Shown here one piece after another: positions 58,031-64,000 of a stretch of DNA of 64,000 nucleotides. Position 1 is the first letter of the stretch. Each line of letters begins with the position of its first letter. This stretch comes from the human T2T-CHM13v2.0 reference genome, Homo sapiens. The stretch lies in the NCBI RefSeq assembly GCF_009914755.1, contig NC_060935.1, one strand, 5' to 3'. The notes beneath the pieces were generated by a model that was given only the letters and a program-made list of their open reading frames with translations, had not been told where the DNA came from and made no database searches. A program made the translations under genes and the position numbers.

Positions 58031-59100
58031 CAGCTATGAACCAATCACCCCTGGAGACCCCATCATCTATACACACACACCTTGCCTCTAAATGCCAGGA
58101 GGCAAAGGTTCCAGAAAGTAGTGAAGGGGTTGCATCCCTAACAGAGAGCAAGAGAATGAGACCCTGAATTATTCATCCCATAACAGCAGGAAGCAGTTAC
58201 AGAAGCCCAAGGATCCCCTAAACCTGATGATTTTAAGAGTCTCAATCTCTTGAGGGGGGAATGTTAGAGTAGGCAGATAGTTAGACATTAGCAGGAGGGG
58301 AGACTCCTGGGGGAAGAAGCTCTTGAATATCTCTTGCCTCAGAGAACATCCAACACATGCATGTTAAATATGAGTGGAGGAGGGGGCAAATACCTACACA
58401 GGAAATAACACCATGAAATGCCTCTTAAGATGCCCGTCAATCACTCATTCTACGGTTAAGCTGTCAGAACATAGCTAGCTACATGCTGGTAAGAGGAGAA
58501 AAGGGCAAATGATAAATTTCTAAGAGATATACAGGTGCAATAAGTACAGATTTGACCACTATACTATCTTTCTGGAGTGGCAGTAATAAACAATGCTGCC
58601 AAGAGGTAGGATTTGTATTGATCACCAGACCCAGGCATGCGCATCAACAGACAGTAGGGAGAATCCCACAAACCTGGATGGGAAGTACGTGGGAACGAAT
58701 GCAGAGACTTAAGACAGAAGCAGGAAACTAGACAAAAACAAAGGCAGAAACTTGAGACAGAAGTGGGAACTTAAAAAAAAAATATCCAGTGTAATACAAA
58801 CTGCAAAAGAGAGCACTTGGAGCTGTTCCCAGCTGTGTCAGCCTACTCTTCTCTGGGAAACTCTTATGTCCTTAATAAACCTTGTGTTATTTTCTTTTTT
58901 TTTTTTTTTTTTTTTTGCTTTACTGATTGGTCTATTAACAGAATTATTTCCTTCAAGAAGACAAAAAACAAGGAACGCCCACACTTCCCAGTAACATTTT
59001 CACCTAAATGACTGTTCTTTTTCATCAAATTATCATCATCTTATATAGCACTTCTCTAAGAAGACTTACATGATTATCCAACCTCAAAATGTGCTTTTTT

Positions 59101-59418
59101 TAGTTTTTTTTGTTTGTTTGTTTGTTTTTTTTGAGACGGAGTCTCATTCTGTCACCCAGGCTGGAGTGCAGTGCGCGATCTGGGCTCACTGCAAGCTCCG
59201 ACTCCTGGGTTCACGCCATTCTCCTGCTTCAACCTCCCGAGTAGCTGGGACTACAGGCTCCCCCCACCACGCCCGGCTGATTTTTTTTTTTTTTTTTTTT
59301 TTAGTAAAGATGGGGTTTCACCATGTTAGCCAGGCTGGTCTCGATCTCTGACCTCGTGATCCACCCTCCCCCGCCTCCCAAAGTGCTGGGATTACAGGTG
59401 TGAGCCACCGCGCCCAGC
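59101..59418 (-). mobile_element. AluY
   Basis: GCAAGCTCCG, TTCACGCCATTCTCC, GACCTCGTGATCC; TSD AAAATGTGCTTTTTT / AAAAAGTGCTTTTTT. Confidence 0.94.
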
Positions 59419-59535
59419 AAAAAAGTGCTTTTTTGCAGTCACTTTGTTGCTTATCACAGTTTAATTTCTCTCATATCATATATCACTTTCTGAAATCATT
59501 TAATAAGTTCATTAAATTTAGACATTTTCACGTTA

Positions 59536-61157
59536 CTTTTTTTTATTATAATTTAAGTTCTGCGATACATATGCAGAACTTGCAGGTTTGTTGCATAGGT
59601 ATACATGTGCCATGGTGGTTTGCTGCACCCATCAGCCCATCATCTACATTAGGTATTTCTCCTAATGCTATCCCTCCCCCTACTCCTAACCGCCCAACAG
59701 GCCCCAGTGTGTAATGCTCCCCTCCCTGTGCCCATATGTTCTCATTGCTCAACTCCTACTTATGAGTGAGAACATGCAGTGTTTGGTTTCCTGTTCCTGT
59801 GTTAGTTTGCTGAGAATTACGGTTTCCAGTTTCATCCATGTCCCTGCAAAGGATATGAACTCATTCTTTTTTTATGGCTGCATAGTATTCCATGGTGTGT
59901 ATGTGCCACATTTTCTTTATCCAGTCTATCATTGATGGACCTTTGGGTTGGTTCCAAGTCTTTGCTATTGTGAGTAGTGCTGCAGTAAATATACATGTGC
60001 ATGGGTCTTTATAACAGAATGATTTATAATCCTTTGGGTAATGAATATGAAATGAAATAAATCCTAGTAATGGAATTGCTGGGTCAAATGGTATTTCTGG
60101 TTCTAGATCCTTGAGAAATCACCACATTGTCTTCCACAATGGTTCAACTAATTTACATTCCTACCAACAATGTAAAAGCATTCCTATTTCTCTGCATCCT
60201 CTCCAGCATCTGTGTTTCCTGACTTTTTAATGATCACCATTCTAACCGGCATGAGATGGTATCTCATTGTGGTTTTGATTTGCATTTCTCTAATGACCAG
60301 TGATGATGAGCTTTTTTTCATATGTTTGTTGACCATATAAATGTTGTCTTTTGAGAATTGGCTGTTCATATCCTTCATCCACTTTTTGATGGGGTTGTGT
60401 TTTTTTGTAAATTGGTTTAAGTTTCTTGTAGAGTCTGGATATGAGCCTTTCGTCAGATGGATAGATTGCAAAAATTTTCTCCCATCCTGTAGGTTGCCTG
60501 TTCACTCTGAGGATAGTTGCTTTTGCTGTGTAGAAGCTCTATAGTTTAATTAGATCCCATTTGTCAATTTTGGCTTTTGTTGCAATTGCTTTTGGTGTTT
60601 TAGTCATGAAGTCTTTGCCCATGCCGATATCCTGGTATTGCCCAGGATTCCTTCTAGGGTTTTTATGGTTTTAGGTCTTACATTTAAGTTTTTAAACCAT
60701 CTTGAGTTACTTTTTGTATAAGGTGTAAGGAAAGGGTCCAGTTTCAATTTTCTGCATATGGCTATTCAGTTTTCCCAACATCTTTTATTAAATAGGGAAT
60801 CCTTTCCCCATTGTTTGTTTTTGCCAGGTTTGTCAAAGAGCACATGGTTGTAGATGTATAGTGTTATTTCTGAGGCTTCTGTTCTGTTCCATTGGTCTAT
60901 ATATCTGTTGTGGTACCAGTACCATGCTGTTTTGGTTACTGTAGTATAGTTTGAAGTCAGGTAGCGTGATGTCTCTAGCTTTGCTATTTTTACTTAGGAT
61001 TGTCTTGACTATATGGGTTCTTTCTTGGTTCCACATGAAATTTAAAGTATGGTTTTCTAATTCTGTGAAGAAAGTCAATGGTAGCTTGATGGGAATAGCA
61101 GTGATTCTATAAACTACTTTGTGCGGTATGGCCATTTTCATGATATTGATTCTTCCT
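59536..61157 (-). mobile_element. L1PA7-like LINE, 5'-truncated
   Basis: GTGCCATGGTGGTTTGCTGCACCCATC...CATCTACATTAGGTATTTCTCC; ORF2 peptides [14 protein letters not shown] and [13 protein letters not shown]. Confidence 0.92.
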
Positions 61158-62237
61158 TTCTTTCTGCTGTGTAGCTTAAGATCGTAGATCAGCATTCCAA
61201 CTATGTTGTTTACTATATTCCCAAAACAGATAACAAAGCTTTGACACATAGAATATATTTAATAAATAATTTATAAATTAATTTTGGGCAACATCTAATA
61301 AATAAAAGCATTTGTCGAAAGATAATATAAAGGTATTATGTCTACTAAAAGATTTATTATGTATAAATGTGTACAAATTACTTATTTAAATTTTATTTAT
61401 ATATGTTCAAGTGGAACTATTCAATGTCTTTCATTAAAGAAAAATGTAGACATTCTTTTTCTTTCCTCAAGATATCTATTGTTAAATGTCAAGTGTCATT
61501 CCTATTAATTAAATGAAGAAACAAAGAAGAAAAGCCAAAGGATTTCTTTTAGTGTCAAAGACTGGTTGGAGTGAATTTAATCAAATTGGAGTAAATGATA
61601 CTCCTATACCCCAAATGAGCACTGGGATCACACATAATGAAGTCACTAGTATGGACCTCATTAGAAAGAACATTCTGGATAATATAGTCTAAAGGATGAT
61701 TTATAAATGTTTAATTGCATGACAGTTTTGCCTCTTTGGGCCTGGACAGATAGCTAAAATATTTTGTATTTGTTTCTTATATGACACGTGATTATTTTGA
61801 ACAGGACATTTACTGATTTAGCACTTTGAAATCTAGCAGTGGGTGACAAAGCTCATTTCATTTCTTTCCTTTCCTTCCATCCTATTTACTAGTTTACATA
61901 TAAATAGTCTTGTGTCTGACAAGTTCTTATTTGAATCTGAATTGTGCTGATACCAGAAATATTTGCAAATATTTCTTGACATGTCATCAAGAATCTTGTC
62001 AATTTTTACCTTCCAAATTTATATACATACAGACATTACAAATGCTGTCCTCGGCTCAAGCAAAACAGCAAATTTACTCTATAAAAGGGGCTTGTCAACA
62101 ATATCTACATGAAGACCTAGTACTGTGTAAAACCCAGCAAGGATTTTCTCTATTTTAACATTTTCATTGCATTATACAGTAATTTTATATAAACATTACT
62201 TTTAAAGAAATTATAATTACATCAAAAATAAATTGTT

Positions 62238-63049
<812 letters not shown>

Positions 63050-63471
63050 AAAAAAAAATTGTTGATCTTTCATTAAGATATGAGGAAATCTTCCTTATTT
63101 AGAGGTGATATTTTCCTTGACACTTTACATAGATCAACAAACTACTGAAAACGCAGGTAAATAATTTCTTACCTTTTTTTAAAAAAACTAGAATTGCACA
63201 TTATTAAAGTCATCGCATAGTTCGGTATACTATGTAAAAAACTTTCTATCTATCTTTCAAAGAGATTCTATTTGAATGTCTAATTGCTAATTTCTGCCTT
63301 TGCCTGCTAAATGATATAGCTGTAGTTACATATAAAAATCATAATTTCATTGTTGCAGAAAATAACGAAATACACTTTTCAAAATTGGTTATTAGCAGTG
63401 TTACTTCCTTAAGCAATCAAATAAGATTTCAGTTTTACAAAAGATATATGTTGAGGAACAGAGCGAGAGAA

Positions 63472-63493
63472 CTTTTCTTTCTTTCTTTCTTTT

Positions 63494-63556
<63 letters not shown>

Positions 63557-63653
63557 CTCTCTCTGTTTCATTCTCTTTCTCATTTTTCCTCCCTCCCTCC
63601 CTCTCTCTTTCTTTCTTTCTTTCCTTTTCTTTTCTTTTTCTTTCTTTTCTCTC
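63472..63653. repeat. (TTTC)n / CT-rich simple repeat
   Basis: Direct inspection. Confidence 0.95.
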
Positions 63654-64000
63654 TGGACTCTGAGTTGCCTCACAAAAGAAACAGGCAACACAATGGGAGT
63701 GAACTGCTCACCATGATGCTTCCCTAGAATGTGGTAGGCTACAAGGTACCTGGAGCTCCTTAGTGTCTTAGGTTGATTCCACTTGTGGTAGCTGGGGTGA
63801 AGAGTTGGAAAGCTTACAGATGGATATAAAATCAACTTAAGCCTATGAAATTCTTTTCCCGCCTTCAGGAAAATTGTCTTAACAAGCTCCAGTCTGGCTA
63901 GCCCCAGGGACGAGAGGGGCCCTAGAAAAATACCAGTAAAGTATCCTGAAGTGTTAGTTGTCCCATGGTGTGGGGCTTGGATCAGGAACCCCAGTTGCCC

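Larger units (their letters stand above)
53560..58996 (+). mobile_element. Class I (ERV1, MER66/MER50/LTR73-like) provirus with two LTRs and a deleted internal region
   Basis: 5' LTR 53560-54247 and 3' LTR 58262-58996, both TGTTAG...AGTAACA; 4-bp TSD TTTT; PBS; PPT GAGGGGGGAA at 58252-58261; gag/pol/env remnants. Confidence 0.93.

Noticed and set aside
63385-63835. 92-aa and 144-aa ORFs rich in F/S/L or K/E/R
   Set aside because: Translation of the (TTTC)n repeat
63700-64000. GC-richer terminal segment, possibly an LTR
   Set aside because: Cut by the window edge and not assignable to a family from what is visible

Overview
AT-rich, CpG-poor primate (human-like) genomic DNA, consistent with a gene desert or deep intron. 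I found no cellular protein-coding exon, RNA gene or CpG island. The listed ORFs are either short chance ORFs or fragments of Alu, L1 and ERV sequences. Much of the window is recognisable transposon debris: 9 Alus, many L1 fragments (old L1M to young L1PA2), MaLR/ERVL LTRs, MIR/L2 remnants and three DNA-transposon relics. Two decayed proviruses stand out. One is a class III (ERVL-type) gag-pro-pol remnant at about 27.5-31.7 kb (minus strand). The other is a two-LTR class I provirus at 53560-58996 with a tRNA-His PBS and an apparent duplicated matrix-like segment upstream of gag. The most unusual structures are a young twin-primed L1 with a ~2.6 kb inversion-deletion, a patchwork of templated insertions inside an L1PB, a ~160-bp dispersed duplication and an L2 split by four nested insertions. 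I see no convincing evidence of a new biological system. Repeat subfamily names come from my recollection of consensus sequences and need RepeatMasker/Dfam confirmation.
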